Assembly (NCBI GenBank): GCA_048938895.1
Contig: JBHLLU010000009.1
Coordinates: forward strand, 1-64,000
Reading direction: 5' to 3'
Source: Promethearchaeota archaeon
GTDB lineage: Archaea; Asgardarchaeota; Lokiarchaeia; Sigyniarchaeales; SOKP01
Length of the DNA: 64,000 nt
The stretch's first letter is position 1. Each line of letters opens with the position of its first letter. Both the position numbers and the translations under genes were made by a program. Below, in pieces: positions 18,833 through 29,674 of the stretch. Below the pieces are notes generated by a model. It ran no database searches. It was not told the origin of the DNA and saw only the letters and a program-made list of their open reading frames with translations.

Positions 18833-20080
18833 ATGGATAATCGTCCTGAATTACTTGCTCCTGTTCAAGATTGGAATTCTTTAAAATTAATTGGGAATCT
18901 AACTGACGCAGTATATTTTGGGGTAAAGAATTTCAATATGAGGAAAAAAGCTAAAAATTTTGAAGAAAACGATTTAATTAATATAGCTGAGTTTTGTCAT
19001 AGCCAAGATCCCCCTATAAAGGCATACTTAACTACAAATATTTTAATTTATGATTCAGAATTGCGTGTTTTAGAAAATCTTATATCTGAAGCGAAATATG
19101 CAGGAATTGATGCGATAATTGCTCATGATCTTGCTACGGTTCAAATTGCGAAACGAAATGAAATTGATTTTCATGTATCAACGCAGGCAAATGTTTCTAA
19201 CATAGAATCTGCTAGATTCTATGAAGACTTAGGTGCTGATAGGATAATATTGGCAAGAGAATTATCGCTTACGCAAATTAAATTGATAAAGCATTTTTTA
19301 AACAAGTCTGAGATTGAATGCTTTGTACATGGTTCAATGTGTACTTCAATTTCGGGACGTTGCTATTTTTCTGCCACTATTTGCGACTCTGAAGAATATT
19401 CTGCTAACCGAGGAAATTGTGTTCAACCTTGTAGAAGAGAATGGAAGGTTATTGATGATGAAAGCAATGAATTCATATATAACGGTCAGATGTTTCTTAA
19501 TGCGAAAGATTTGTGTATGATTGAATATATACCTGAGTTAATTAACGCAAAGATTGATGCGTTTAAAATTGAGGGTCGTATGAAAGATTCTATTTACGTT
19601 AAAACAGTAACTCAATGTTATAAGGAAGCTTTGGATTCCTTTTTCGATAAGACTTATACCAAAGAAAAAGTAAATAATTGGCTAGAAAAGCTTTCAAGAG
19701 TATTCAATCGCGGATTTCATACAGGATTTTATTTTAAAAGACCGACTATAGAGGATATTGAATTAGAAAGAAGAGGCAACGTGTCTCCTTATAGACAGTA
19801 TTATATAGGCAAGATAATATCTTATGATAAAAACAGTAAATCTGCTAATGTTTTGCTTGAAGAGTTAGAAAATCCCTTAAAAATAGGTGATGAAATTCTC
19901 ATTACTGGCCCTAAAACTTTGATGATTGAAACTATTCGAAAAATGATCTATAAAGGGGAGAAAATAAAAAGTATCAAAAGAAATAAATACAGTGATCCCA
20001 TCAGATTTAATCTACGATTAAATAATGAAGTGAGAGCAAACGATAAAATTTTTATTCTATCTAAGAATTCTAAAGTGTGA
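18833..20080 (+). CDS. Peptidase U32 family protein (probable Fe-S-dependent RNA hydroxylation enzyme)
   Basis: PELLAP, DAVYFG, HVSTQ, LARELSL, ECFVHGSMC..SGRC, CVQPCR, KIEGR. Confidence 0.9.
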   Translation: MDNRPELLAPVQDWNSLKLIGNLTDAVYFGVKNFNMRKKAKNFEENDLINIAEFCHSQDPPIKAYLTTNILIYDSELRVLENLISEAKYAGIDAIIAHDLATVQIAKRNEIDFHVSTQANVSNIESARFYEDLGADRIILARELSLTQIKLIKHFLNKSEIECFVHGSMCTSISGRCYFSATICDSEEYSANRGNCVQPCRREWKVIDDESNEFIYNGQMFLNAKDLCMIEYIPELINAKIDAFKIEGRMKDSIYVKTVTQCYKEALDSFFDKTYTKEKVNNWLEKLSRVFNRGFHTGFYFKRPTIEDIELERRGNVSPYRQYYIGKIISYDKNSKSANVLLEELENPLKIGDEILITGPKTLMIETIRKMIYKGEKIKSIKRNKYSDPIRFNLRLNNEVRANDKIFILSKNSKV

Positions 20081-20086
20081 TCTCTA

Positions 20087-20767
20087 ATGAATTTCGATGA
20101 AAAAAGGAGAAAGCTAGTCAATAATTTAAAAAATCGCGATTATCCTGTATTAACAAAGTCTGAAGTAATTAAAGCAATGTTAAAAGTACCACGGCACCTT
20201 TTTGTTCCCAAGGATGCTGAATCTTCTGCATATATAGACTCTCCTTTATCGATAGGTGCAGGGCAAACTATTAGTGCCCCTCACATGAATGCAATGATGT
20301 GTGAATACCTCGAATTGAAAGAGGGAGATAAAATTTTAGAAGTGGGAACAGGCTCTGGTTATCACGCAGCATTATGTGCGGAAATTGTTGCCCCAATTGA
20401 TTCAAAAAATCCTGGACATGTATATACAATCGAACGTCATAAAGAGCTAGTAGAAAAAGCAAAAATTAATCTTAAAAAGACGGGTTATGAAAAAAATGTA
20501 ACAGTAATACACGGTGATGGAACATTAGGTTATTCAAAAGAAGCACCCTATGATAAAATCTTGGTTACCGCAGCATCTCCAAAGAAAATCCCCCCTCCTT
20601 TACGAAAGCAATTAAAAAATGGAGGTATTCTCTGTATTCCAGCTGGTTCTAAAAGTTTTGGTCAGGATCTGTATATTATTAGAAGAAATGGGGATGATTA
20701 TGACTCAAAAAGAATAACTGGGGTCAGGTTTGTCCCACTTGTCGGACGTTTCGGTTTTGATGAATAG
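20087..20767 (+). CDS. pcm: Protein-L-isoaspartate O-methyltransferase
   Basis: [56 protein letters not shown]. Confidence 0.95.
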   Translation: MNFDEKRRKLVNNLKNRDYPVLTKSEVIKAMLKVPRHLFVPKDAESSAYIDSPLSIGAGQTISAPHMNAMMCEYLELKEGDKILEVGTGSGYHAALCAEIVAPIDSKNPGHVYTIERHKELVEKAKINLKKTGYEKNVTVIHGDGTLGYSKEAPYDKILVTAASPKKIPPPLRKQLKNGGILCIPAGSKSFGQDLYIIRRNGDDYDSKRITGVRFVPLVGRFGFDE

Positions 20768-20799
20768 TAATCTATCTTAATTATTTTATTACTAAATCA

Positions 20800-20952
20800 T
20801 CATTTTCTGGAAAGTTTGTTTTCTAACCTTCTTTTCCTCAAGTAGGCTCTAGTTTGGTTTACAAATTTAGATTTTTCAATACAAGATTTTAATTGCTCAT
20901 CACAGCAATTCCAACTCATGCAGTCGCTTACAGTATTACAATCTTTTTTCAT
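20800..20952 (-). CDS. Small Cys-rich basic protein (50 aa), below the ORF-track cutoff
   Basis: MKKDCNTVSDCMSWNCCDEQLKSCIEKSKFVNQTRAYLRKRRLENKLSRK, with SD AGGGGGA 8 nt upstream. Aligns without gaps to 21129..21272. Confidence 0.6.
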   Translation of the reverse strand: MKKDCNTVSDCMSWNCCDEQLKSCIEKSKFVNQTRAYLRKRRLENKLSRK

Positions 20953-21128
20953 AGTATATAATCCCCCTAATTGCAAATTTTATCTCACCTAAAATTCTAC
21001 TGTAAATTAGAGTATAAGAACGTTTGATTTATTAATTATCAAAAAATTGAGATAAACTAATTACAACTATAATTTAAAGACTATTTTTTTGTTCAAAATT
21101 TAAATAATCGTTATTTATAAGAAATAAT

Positions 21129-21272
21129 TTATTTTTCAAATTGTTTTTTAAGCTTTTTTTCTAACAATACCTTTCGGATATTTCTAATATGTTCATTATT
21201 TTCTATATTTTTTTTTAATGAAGAGGAGTTATAGGTCCAGCCATTTCGTTTGCCATTGTGATTAGTTCCCAT
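21129..21272 (-). CDS. Small basic protein (47 aa), paralog of 20800..20952
   Basis: MGTNHNGKRNGWTYNSSSLKKNIENNEHIRNIRKVLLEKKLKKQFEK. Shared pattern W-x6-LK-x2-IE-x8-R-x2-L-x4-L. Confidence 0.5.
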   Translation of the reverse strand: MGTNHNGKRNGWTYNSSSLKKNIENNEHIRNIRKVLLEKKLKKQFEK

Positions 21273-21402
21273 TGTCTACGAATCTTTAAATTTTTATAGG
21301 TTTATAGTTGATATTAGACTGTTAATATATTTAAGGGTAGTTAAAATCGACGAAATTCTTACTGTTATCAACAAATATGTAAAATTTGTGAAAGTATAAA
21401 TA

Positions 21403-23577
21403 TTAAAAAGTCTTTATTTTAAGGTGAAATGCAAAACTCTTTTCAAATTTGAAAACGGGGGTTATGTTGATTCCCTGATATATTTTTTGATACCCTTCCT
21501 CTGTATATGCGTAGGCGATAATTGGAAAATTATAAATCTTAATAGAATTCGACTTACTAGAAATTTCGAATTCTATACTTACATCATTAGACTTATCATA
21601 TGCCTTAAAATGAGTACCTTTATATTGAAAAGGTTTTAAAAGATTTCGCTCATCTCCATTAATCAATTCCCTTTGTTTACTTTCCCATTGAAATTGATTC
21701 GTGTCTCCATTAAAGAAAAAGGGAAGATCAATCGCAAGATTTAGCTGATTAACGATTTTTTTAAGAACTTCTTCCTTGTCTAGATTTTCTTCGAAATTTA
21801 TTCGTATAATTATTTCAATATCATTGTCTTCTACATAGATATCTTTTGTTATTCTAACGGGATTTCTATAGTCACTATCTGGGTCTTTTACACTACCTAT
21901 TCTTTCCATCTCTAAGATCGCTTTCCTACCTTCTTTTTCACTGCTAGTTACTTTAAAACCTTTATCAGCAAAATCTCCAAATTCATAGTATTTATCTGAT
22001 TGTAATTGTTCAAAAGTTACATCATCATGCAGAAATCTTAGACGAAGCATACTTCTTCTGTATCTATCTACTAGCACTTCTTTAGTATCTAATTTTTTAC
22101 TCTCGTGATATGCTTCTGGCCACCTTGTTAGAGTATTTAGAAAGTTATATGATTTTGGTTTGTAATCTAATTCAAAAAGAGTACCTCCATCGTTAGGATT
22201 AATATAAATATTATAGATATCTGATTCAATAATGTATTCTGTTTTACTGTTTTTATTAAAATCTAAAGGCATTATGTAAATATATGAGGTCAATTCAGGA
22301 TTAATTAGAGCGTTTATAGTATCAATCAACTTCTCAGCATTTATTAAACATGTGTAAACAGAAAATCTAAGGAATTGTAGATAAATTCCACCAAATAAAC
22401 CATGCCAATAACAGTCATTACATTGTGATTTATATATTTCATCCCATGCATCAGTAATTTTGTTTAAAATAATAGAAATGATTTTATCATCATGGATATT
22501 CAATAGATTTTCCTCAGCAGAAATTAATTTATTTCTAACATATAGCATTTTTTTATGCATGTTATTAGATTCAGGATATTTTACGAGGAAATATCTCCAA
22601 AAACCACCCTTTAAGAATTGATAAATCTCTTTTTTCGACTCGTCTTCCCTCAAACTCTTTCTTACCTTTTTAAAATTCTTACGAATAAATGTAGGAAGAA
22701 CCCATTCTTCCATTTTATCATAACTCGCTGTAGGAAGATATATTAGGCTTTTTGCGGGGATTTTTTCCATATATTCTGTAAGAGTTAATGATTTTATCCA
22801 TGTATTATTGATAATATTTTCAAAAAAAGCAGGAATAAAGGGTTTACCATTATCTCCATCTTCGTGACCTTGCCCTTCTACATAACATATTTCGTGCGTA
22901 GTTCCCCATACACCCATCTTTTCAGCATCTGAAATTAATAACGCAACTCTATCTCCTTCATCGTTAGCCATTTTCCTTAAGTAGTCAATCGAATAGTATG
23001 TTGGCTTCCAAGGGGTTAAATATCTTAGTTCTTCATTGATCGGAAAAATCCTTAAGGCTTTTCCTTCATCTTCCGTAATATATGAGTAGAGAGTCTGCAC
23101 TTCTGTTATTCCTGTCGATCTAAAATGATTATCGTCAACTATAACATATTTTAAACCGGCATCGTTGAGAAAAGAAGGATAATTTGGCTCCCAAACTCGT
23201 TCAGATAACCAGGCACCTTTAACTTCTAAATCAAATATATCCTTTATCAAATCAGATAATTTTTTCATTTGAGCAATTTTATCTCTATACGGAATAATCG
23301 CAAACATAGGTTCATAATATCCACCACCTATAAATTCTATTTGTCCTCTCTTTGCCATTATTTTCAATTTGTTTATAAATTCTGGTTTATTATCCAAAAG
23401 CCATTTTAATAAATTACCAGAAAAATGGAGTGTGAACTTGATCTTTTCAAATTGAAATAAACTGTTAATAAGCGGTTCATAGGATTTTTTATAGACATCC
23501 TCGTAAACGAATTCGAATTGTCCAACTGGTTGATGAAAGTGAAAAACAATCGGTAAATAAATAGAATTTTCGCTCAT
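21403..23577 (-). CDS. GH57 4-alpha-glucanotransferase/alpha-amylase
   Basis: HFHQP, GGYYEP, WLSERVWEP, SDAEKMG, SYDKMEEW, QCNDCYWHGLFGG. Confidence 0.9.
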   Translation of the reverse strand: MSENSIYLPIVFHFHQPVGQFEFVYEDVYKKSYEPLINSLFQFEKIKFTLHFSGNLLKWLLDNKPEFINKLKIMAKRGQIEFIGGGYYEPMFAIIPYRDKIAQMKKLSDLIKDIFDLEVKGAWLSERVWEPNYPSFLNDAGLKYVIVDDNHFRSTGITEVQTLYSYITEDEGKALRIFPINEELRYLTPWKPTYYSIDYLRKMANDEGDRVALLISDAEKMGVWGTTHEICYVEGQGHEDGDNGKPFIPAFFENIINNTWIKSLTLTEYMEKIPAKSLIYLPTASYDKMEEWVLPTFIRKNFKKVRKSLREDESKKEIYQFLKGGFWRYFLVKYPESNNMHKKMLYVRNKLISAEENLLNIHDDKIISIILNKITDAWDEIYKSQCNDCYWHGLFGGIYLQFLRFSVYTCLINAEKLIDTINALINPELTSYIYIMPLDFNKNSKTEYIIESDIYNIYINPNDGGTLFELDYKPKSYNFLNTLTRWPEAYHESKKLDTKEVLVDRYRRSMLRLRFLHDDVTFEQLQSDKYYEFGDFADKGFKVTSSEKEGRKAILEMERIGSVKDPDSDYRNPVRITKDIYVEDNDIEIIIRINFEENLDKEEVLKKIVNQLNLAIDLPFFFNGDTNQFQWESKQRELINGDERNLLKPFQYKGTHFKAYDKSNDVSIEFEISSKSNSIKIYNFPIIAYAYTEEGYQKIYQGINITPVFKFEKSFAFHLKIKTF

Positions 23578-23669
23578 ACTTTAAACTCACTTTTTAATAG
23601 TAGTTAAATATATGTAAAAGGTTTTTACTTATAAAAGATAACTAATAATATAGTTATAGTCTAAATAAA

Positions 23670-25400
23670 ATGGTTCCTATGATGAATATCCTTGATAAAA
23701 ATTTAATACAGAGTGTATGCAATTCAAATGAATTTAAAGGATGGCTTCTTTCAAAAAGATGGTTTGGAGATAAATCAATACTTTCAAATTTAGATTTTGA
23801 TATTAATATTATTTATTTTGAATTAATTAAAGACAACATACTGTTAAATATAATCGAAGTTAAGACTTCAGATTATTCTAAAACATATTTTCTACCACTC
23901 ATTTTTTATAAAAAGATAGAAGAAATATTAGAACCTGAAGAAAAGATAAGAGATATAATTCGAAACATTACTGAAAACACTTTCAGTAAAAAAATAGCAT
24001 TAACTATCGAGAATGAACAAAAAATTATCACTCTTAATCTAGTTGAGGCGGAATTTTGCTTATTTTTTTGGAGGAAAATGTTATTTGATACAAGCATATC
24101 TGAGAAATTTCCATCAATGAATTTGGAATTGACATTATATACTGACCAATTTGAGGATGAAGTAAACATGAAAAAAGTGCAAAACTTAATAGAAGCAGCA
24201 CTTTATCCAGATAGATATAGGCTTTCTATAAACCAATTGGGTAAGGGAAATACAGCTAACATACTGTTTTTGCTTACAATCACTAATGAAAGGACTTCTG
24301 ATCAACTTCCTGTTTCTTATGTTTTGAAATCTTACAAGGATTATTCCGTAAGTTTGGAACCGTCTATATTATTTGTATTAGTTAAAAATAATTTTCCTAA
24401 CGCCCCAAAAATATATGGTTCCATAAAAGTACTCGATAAAGAGACAATTGGGATAACTGAAAATGTTCCTAATGTTGGTAATTTGGGTGAAATATATTGG
24501 AATGAACTAAACAATATGATTACTCATGTTTTTACTGATGTCGGTAAGGATTATTCTAAATACACTGATAAGCAAAATATCTCCAATCTAATAAAAGAAC
24601 ACTGTGCTGAAACTATAAAACTGTCTTCTGATATTGGTAATTCTATCAACAACTTACATAAATCACTAATTTTATCAACCCAATATGACTATTCTTTGGA
24701 ATCTGTAGATAGTAAAATATATCTAAGAAATTATACAGAGAAATTAAACAACTCAATATCAGAATTATTAGCTTATATGACTCAACAATCGGAAAGTGCT
24801 TTTTACAATCTACCTAAAATTAGTTCAATATTAATAGATATAAAAGATATTATCGAAAATTTTCGTTTAGAGTTCCAAACTCCTACGATTAAGATCCAAC
24901 CAGTTCATCAAGATTTACATATGGAACAAATCTTATATAATAAAGTTGATAGTCAATATTATTTCTATTTTATAGATTTCGAAGGTGATCCTAAAATATC
25001 AATTGAAGAAAGGAAAGGAAAATTTCCAGTTGAGAAAGATTTTGCAGCATTTCTGAGAGCATTAAGCTATATAAAATTCAATACATTGCTTACTTTTATC
25101 GAGAAAAAATTTACTCGAAAAGATAAATATGAAGTACCTGAAGAGATACTTTACAATCTATACTTTAGAAGAGCAGCCAGACCTCTAAATAAAACTCTTG
25201 ATGTTGTACTAAAGATTTTAAACATATGGGAGACCAAGCTAATGGGTAAAATATTAAAGAATTTAGACGTAGATTATGTTTTAATTACATATTTCTATAT
25301 TGAACGAGCGCTTTACGAATTAAATTATGAAATTGGTCATCGGCCTAATAAAATACTTGTTCCCATTTTAGGATTAAAGGAGATAGTGGATAAAAGGTGA
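23670..25400 (+). CDS. Maltokinase-like (Mak/TreS C-terminal type) APH-fold kinase
   Basis: WLLSKRWFGDK N-terminal cap, HQDLHMEQIL, IDFEGDP, ERALYELNYE..RP. Confidence 0.8.
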   Translation: MVPMMNILDKNLIQSVCNSNEFKGWLLSKRWFGDKSILSNLDFDINIIYFELIKDNILLNIIEVKTSDYSKTYFLPLIFYKKIEEILEPEEKIRDIIRNITENTFSKKIALTIENEQKIITLNLVEAEFCLFFWRKMLFDTSISEKFPSMNLELTLYTDQFEDEVNMKKVQNLIEAALYPDRYRLSINQLGKGNTANILFLLTITNERTSDQLPVSYVLKSYKDYSVSLEPSILFVLVKNNFPNAPKIYGSIKVLDKETIGITENVPNVGNLGEIYWNELNNMITHVFTDVGKDYSKYTDKQNISNLIKEHCAETIKLSSDIGNSINNLHKSLILSTQYDYSLESVDSKIYLRNYTEKLNNSISELLAYMTQQSESAFYNLPKISSILIDIKDIIENFRLEFQTPTIKIQPVHQDLHMEQILYNKVDSQYYFYFIDFEGDPKISIEERKGKFPVEKDFAAFLRALSYIKFNTLLTFIEKKFTRKDKYEVPEEILYNLYFRRAARPLNKTLDVVLKILNIWETKLMGKILKNLDVDYVLITYFYIERALYELNYEIGHRPNKILVPILGLKEIVDKR

Positions 25401-25405
25401 TAAAA

Positions 25406-26059
25406 CTATTCTTCAAGTATTTTTGCAAATTCAAAAGAATAATATGAAGAAATTCGATCAATGGGATGAATTTCCTTATTGTATTGCTGTGTAAGATTTT
25501 TACTACCTTTCAATTCTTCTTCAGTATATCGTGAGTTGAATTCTTTTCTCGTGAAAAGTTGCCAAGTAAATGCTTCTACAAACTTCTTAGGTCCAAATTT
25601 CTTTGAGATTAGTACATAATTTTGATCATCGATATATTTTCGAAAGAATCCTAAGTTATTACATAAATCTAATTTATAGTCTAGATCATTTCCTTTATTT
25701 TTTATAAGGGCTATTGAGTTGATAAAGCGTGCTAATTTATCTCCTAATAAAATTTGTTCAGATTCTTCTGCCTTTTCAATTATATCTCGAAGAAAGCTTC
25801 TCATAATTATTATGAAATCTTGGTCATCTAAAGATTTCACAGAATTCTTTTGTTTTATTAGACATTGTGAAAATTCCAAATAATTTCTGATTAAATTAGC
25901 TTTAGAGATTCCAAAATTTTGTTTAATATTCTCTAAATTCGAATTCAATTCTTCATCAATTCGCACGGTTATTACTACTGACGAATTTTTTGATTCATTA
26001 TTATTTACCGAATTGGAATTCGAGGTTAAAGATGAAATTCGGTTTGAATTGGGACTTAT
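25406..26059 (-). CDS. Ribbon-helix-helix (CopG-like) regulator with C-terminal domain; probable ATA start at 26059 (track start GTG 25966)
   Basis: The RHH pattern VVITVRIDEELNSNLENIKQNFGISKANLIRNYL extends upstream of the GTG. The frame is open to an ATA preceded by AGGAAGGTG. Confidence 0.65.
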   Translation of the reverse strand: MSPNSNRISSLTSNSNSVNNNESKNSSVVITVRIDEELNSNLENIKQNFGISKANLIRNYLEFSQCLIKQKNSVKSLDDQDFIIIMRSFLRDIIEKAEESEQILLGDKLARFINSIALIKNKGNDLDYKLDLCNNLGFFRKYIDDQNYVLISKKFGPKKFVEAFTWQLFTRKEFNSRYTEEELKGSKNLTQQYNKEIHPIDRISSYYSFEFAKILEE

Positions 26060-26889
26060 TCAAAGCACCTTCCTACATTTTTACTTGTAATATTTGTAAT
26101 TAATTAGTATCTAATGTAATATAAGTAACTTTAGTATTTTAATGCTTGTGATTTGTGCTTCCATTTGAATTAGTCAATCTAGACAGAGCGGATACAGATG
26201 ATTTCTTCATGTCTTTGTATAGGTATGATAGAAATTTTTGGAAAATTTTACTAAAAGGATTATGAATTAATAATAATTCATTATTAGATTAGGAAGATTG
26301 TACTTTCAATCAAGAAGCCTGATAAAGTTCTTGAGATAATAGATCAAGGCTTAATATTTTCTTATTGTTCTTTTTAAGTGTTTATTTTAACAGATTTTTT
26401 TGATGATTTGCAAAAATGCTATAAAGTAAGCTGATAGCTGTATTAGAGTGAATTATTAAAATTTATTAAAGATTTTCATAAAATTTCATAAAAAAATAGA
26501 GGGAATTCGACGTTTTTAATTAGATTAACACGATTAGGTTTTTTCTTAAATTTTGATGCCAAAGTGATTAGCTGTTATTCTAACAATTAGATAATTTAAA
26601 TATTGATTAATAATGCTCCAATTTAAGATCTTCTAAACTTTTAATTTCATTAAACGAATAGTTAATTAATATAATTAGTAATTATTCAAAGTCCCAATTT
26701 ACTATTTTTTCAACATCAAATGTAATTAATGTAATCTTTATCTTTTTATGTAGATAAATGAATACAATTGAGTACCTAAAAGGCATGACAGTTGTGTCAC
26801 AAATTTTGCACAAATCCTTAAAAGTCTAAAAAGACATAAATTTCATGTAATCAAAAAGCAAAATATTATTAAGGGTTGAACATTAAGAA

Positions 26890-27213
26890 ATGGAAATTTC
26901 TCAAACTGGCATTTTGGAAGTAAATTTAGAAAATAAAACAGAATCTCTCTTAATCGAGTCTGATGATCAAATTGAGAAGATAGTAAAAGCTTTATCTTCA
27001 AAAACAAGGAGATTAATACTTCGATATATCCAAGAAGATCCAATGGATGTATCAGATATTGCTTCGAGTTTAAGTATGACAGAAGCAAATATTTCAGCTC
27101 AAATTAAAAAACTCGAAGACGCCGGTTTAATTAATTGCGATTATTCTTCTGGAGCTCATGGTGTTCGAAAATTAAGCAAATTAAGGTTCAATAAATTAAT
27201 AATTAAATTTTGA
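26890..27213 (+). CDS. ArsR-family transcriptional regulator
   Basis: KALSSKTRRLIL...MDVSDIASSL..TEANISAQIKKLEDAGLI. Confidence 0.85.
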   Translation: MEISQTGILEVNLENKTESLLIESDDQIEKIVKALSSKTRRLILRYIQEDPMDVSDIASSLSMTEANISAQIKKLEDAGLINCDYSSGAHGVRKLSKLRFNKLIIKF

Positions 27214-27312
27214 ATTTAATAAAATACAACTCTTTTTTTAGGTTCTTACCTATAAACATGTTTTTAGTTTTGGTTAGTAATTTTGATTTAACAAGCTCTT
27301 TGTGAAAAAATC

Positions 27313-27825
27313 ATGAGAGAATTCAAAACATTATGGAAAGGATTTAACTTTGCATTTAAGATGTATGGTAATTTAAGGAGAAAAAATGTTGATTTACCAT
27401 ATGTAATCCACCCAATCCGAGTGGCGATGATTTTACGAGCTGCAGGCTTCTCTGAATTTGAGAATAGAGATTTAATGCTAGCCGCATTATTTCATGATCT
27501 TTTAGAAGATACTGATCTGACATATGAAGAATTAAAGACAGAATTTGGTAAGGATATAGCATTGATAGTGAGGGAATTATCAAAACCAGATTCTATAATC
27601 AAAGAAGATTGGTTAGAAGCATTCGAAAATTCTTCAAAAGAAGCTAAATTGATTAAAATGGCCGATAGGATCGATAATTTAATGGATATAAAATCAATTG
27701 GATGGTCGATTGAAAAAAAAAGGGAATATGCTGAACAAGGCTTAATAATTTTAAAGATATGTAGGAATGCTAGTCCAAGTTTAGCAAATGAACTTGAAAA
27801 TCTTATAAAACAGCTTAATGAATAA
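27313..27825 (+). CDS. HD-domain hydrolase, Mesh1/small alarmone hydrolase-like
   Basis: RK..LPYVIHPIRVA, AALFHDLLEDT, LIKMADRIDNL. Confidence 0.8.
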   Translation: MREFKTLWKGFNFAFKMYGNLRRKNVDLPYVIHPIRVAMILRAAGFSEFENRDLMLAALFHDLLEDTDLTYEELKTEFGKDIALIVRELSKPDSIIKEDWLEAFENSSKEAKLIKMADRIDNLMDIKSIGWSIEKKREYAEQGLIILKICRNASPSLANELENLIKQLNE

Positions 27826-27858
27826 AAATTTTTAAGTATTCAGTTAATAAATTTTGAT

Positions 27859-29448
27859 TTAATTGGTTATTTTTACTGGTTTTGATTTTGATATTTTTTT
27901 TGATAATCCGCCATTCTGAATTTTATCTTCAGATTCTTTTGATTTTATTGTATTCAAAAGTTTGATTACATCTCCTTGTGCCATAAATTCTTTCATTTCA
28001 TCAGAAATAATTGATTGGGACATCCCCATTGAATGAAGCATATCTAATCCACTCTTTATCACAGTTTTAGCAAATTTAGGAATATTTCGTCCCATCCAGT
28101 TAAATTCACCAAAAGGATTAGTGTATCTTTTTATAAGCATTTTAAGCCATCCTTTACTCATGTAATAAGAAGAATAAGCTTCTCCTACCAAATGAAATAT
28201 TTCATTGTTGGTTAGTTGCTCAGTTCTCATCATCGGATGAAATAAATCATAATACTTATAATTAGTACTCGTCACCATATGTTTTTCTTTCATTTCGTTA
28301 TAAAAATCAGTTCCTGGAAATGCTGTTATTGGTGTGAATTGTACACAGGTCAAATTGAGAGATCGAGCAAATTGGATGTTTTGTCTTACCATAGTTTTAG
28401 TTTCTCCCGGAAATCCAATGATTACACCCCCAAAAATTGAGATTCCACGATCTTGTAGTGAAGAAACTACTCTTTTAACCATATCTGGTGTAGTATTCTT
28501 TTTATTCATTGCATCTAAGCTTTGTTGATGAACTGATTCAATACCAAGAAAGACTTGTCTCATACCCGCTTTATGCATTAAATCAATTAACCAAGGATTA
28601 TGGTATAATGTATCAACTCGTGACTGACAAGAAAAATACATTTTATTTGGCACTCCTGACCGAATTATTGTTTCAAGAATCTCGTTTGTACGTTTTATCT
28701 TAATTGTGAAATTATCCTCACAGAAGAAAATAAAATCATTATTCCAATCAATATCATAGATTTCTCTCATAATTCGCTTAGTGGATTTAGTACGGTAAGT
28801 AACAGGACGATCTGCATTTCTCCACATTTTTATGATACAACAAAATTTACAATTGTGAGGACAGCCCCGTGAAGTTTCAAGCTGAGCAACTCGTGCGCCT
28901 AAATAAATATATTTCTTATCATCTAAAAGATCTCTTCTAGGCATAGGAAAATTGTCCAAATTTGGCTCTAATCTTCGATCTCTGTTATGGATTACTTTTC
29001 CATCATTGTTTTTAAATGAGACACCATCAATATCTCTTAATTGATTATTAATTTTACCTTTATCAATATGTTGAATTAATTCTCGAAATGTGTGTTCCCC
29101 TTCACCTCGGATAGTATAATCTACGGCTGAATGGCTTGCTACATAATCTGGTGCTAAAGTGGGATGATAACCACCCATAATTGTAGTACATCCTTGCTGT
29201 TTAGCCATTTCTGCTACTTCAATAGCGTGAGAGATTTGGGGGGTCATACTAGTTATAGCCACTATGTCTGAATGATTCAATAATGTACGAAAGCTATTTT
29301 CTTTGTATTTATGTACTTTAAAATCAAAAAGTTTTGCTTTATGGTCAGGAACCATTGCTGCTATTGATATAAGACTAAGAGGAGGACCTTTAATAATCGC
29401 ATCAAGCCCAGAACTGATGCGCGCCGGATTTACATATAAAATGTTCAA
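27859..29448 (-). CDS. Cobalamin-binding radical SAM protein
   Basis: PPLSL..IAA, MGGYHPT, RGEGE, ETSRGCPHNCKFC, GIES, GFPGET. Confidence 0.9.
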   Translation of the reverse strand: MNILYVNPARISSGLDAIIKGPPLSLISIAAMVPDHKAKLFDFKVHKYKENSFRTLLNHSDIVAITSMTPQISHAIEVAEMAKQQGCTTIMGGYHPTLAPDYVASHSAVDYTIRGEGEHTFRELIQHIDKGKINNQLRDIDGVSFKNNDGKVIHNRDRRLEPNLDNFPMPRRDLLDDKKYIYLGARVAQLETSRGCPHNCKFCCIIKMWRNADRPVTYRTKSTKRIMREIYDIDWNNDFIFFCEDNFTIKIKRTNEILETIIRSGVPNKMYFSCQSRVDTLYHNPWLIDLMHKAGMRQVFLGIESVHQQSLDAMNKKNTTPDMVKRVVSSLQDRGISIFGGVIIGFPGETKTMVRQNIQFARSLNLTCVQFTPITAFPGTDFYNEMKEKHMVTSTNYKYYDLFHPMMRTEQLTNNEIFHLVGEAYSSYYMSKGWLKMLIKRYTNPFGEFNWMGRNIPKFAKTVIKSGLDMLHSMGMSQSIISDEMKEFMAQGDVIKLLNTIKSKESEDKIQNGGLSKKISKSKPVKITN

Positions 29449-29674
29449 TGAATTTATCCCCTAATATTTATTTGATGTTTTTTTCTTATCTAATCTTCTC
29501 TATCTAGTTATAAACTTTATGGAACTAATAGAAGAGAAAAAGCTTAGAGAAGTTTCTAATTAATTCTCAACTTATTTAAGTAATGTGATGAGAAATATTT
29601 AAACTTTTGTTATTTCTACATAGCAGTCTAATATGATTAGGATGGTGGTACTAGCTAATCTGTTGAAAATAAGG

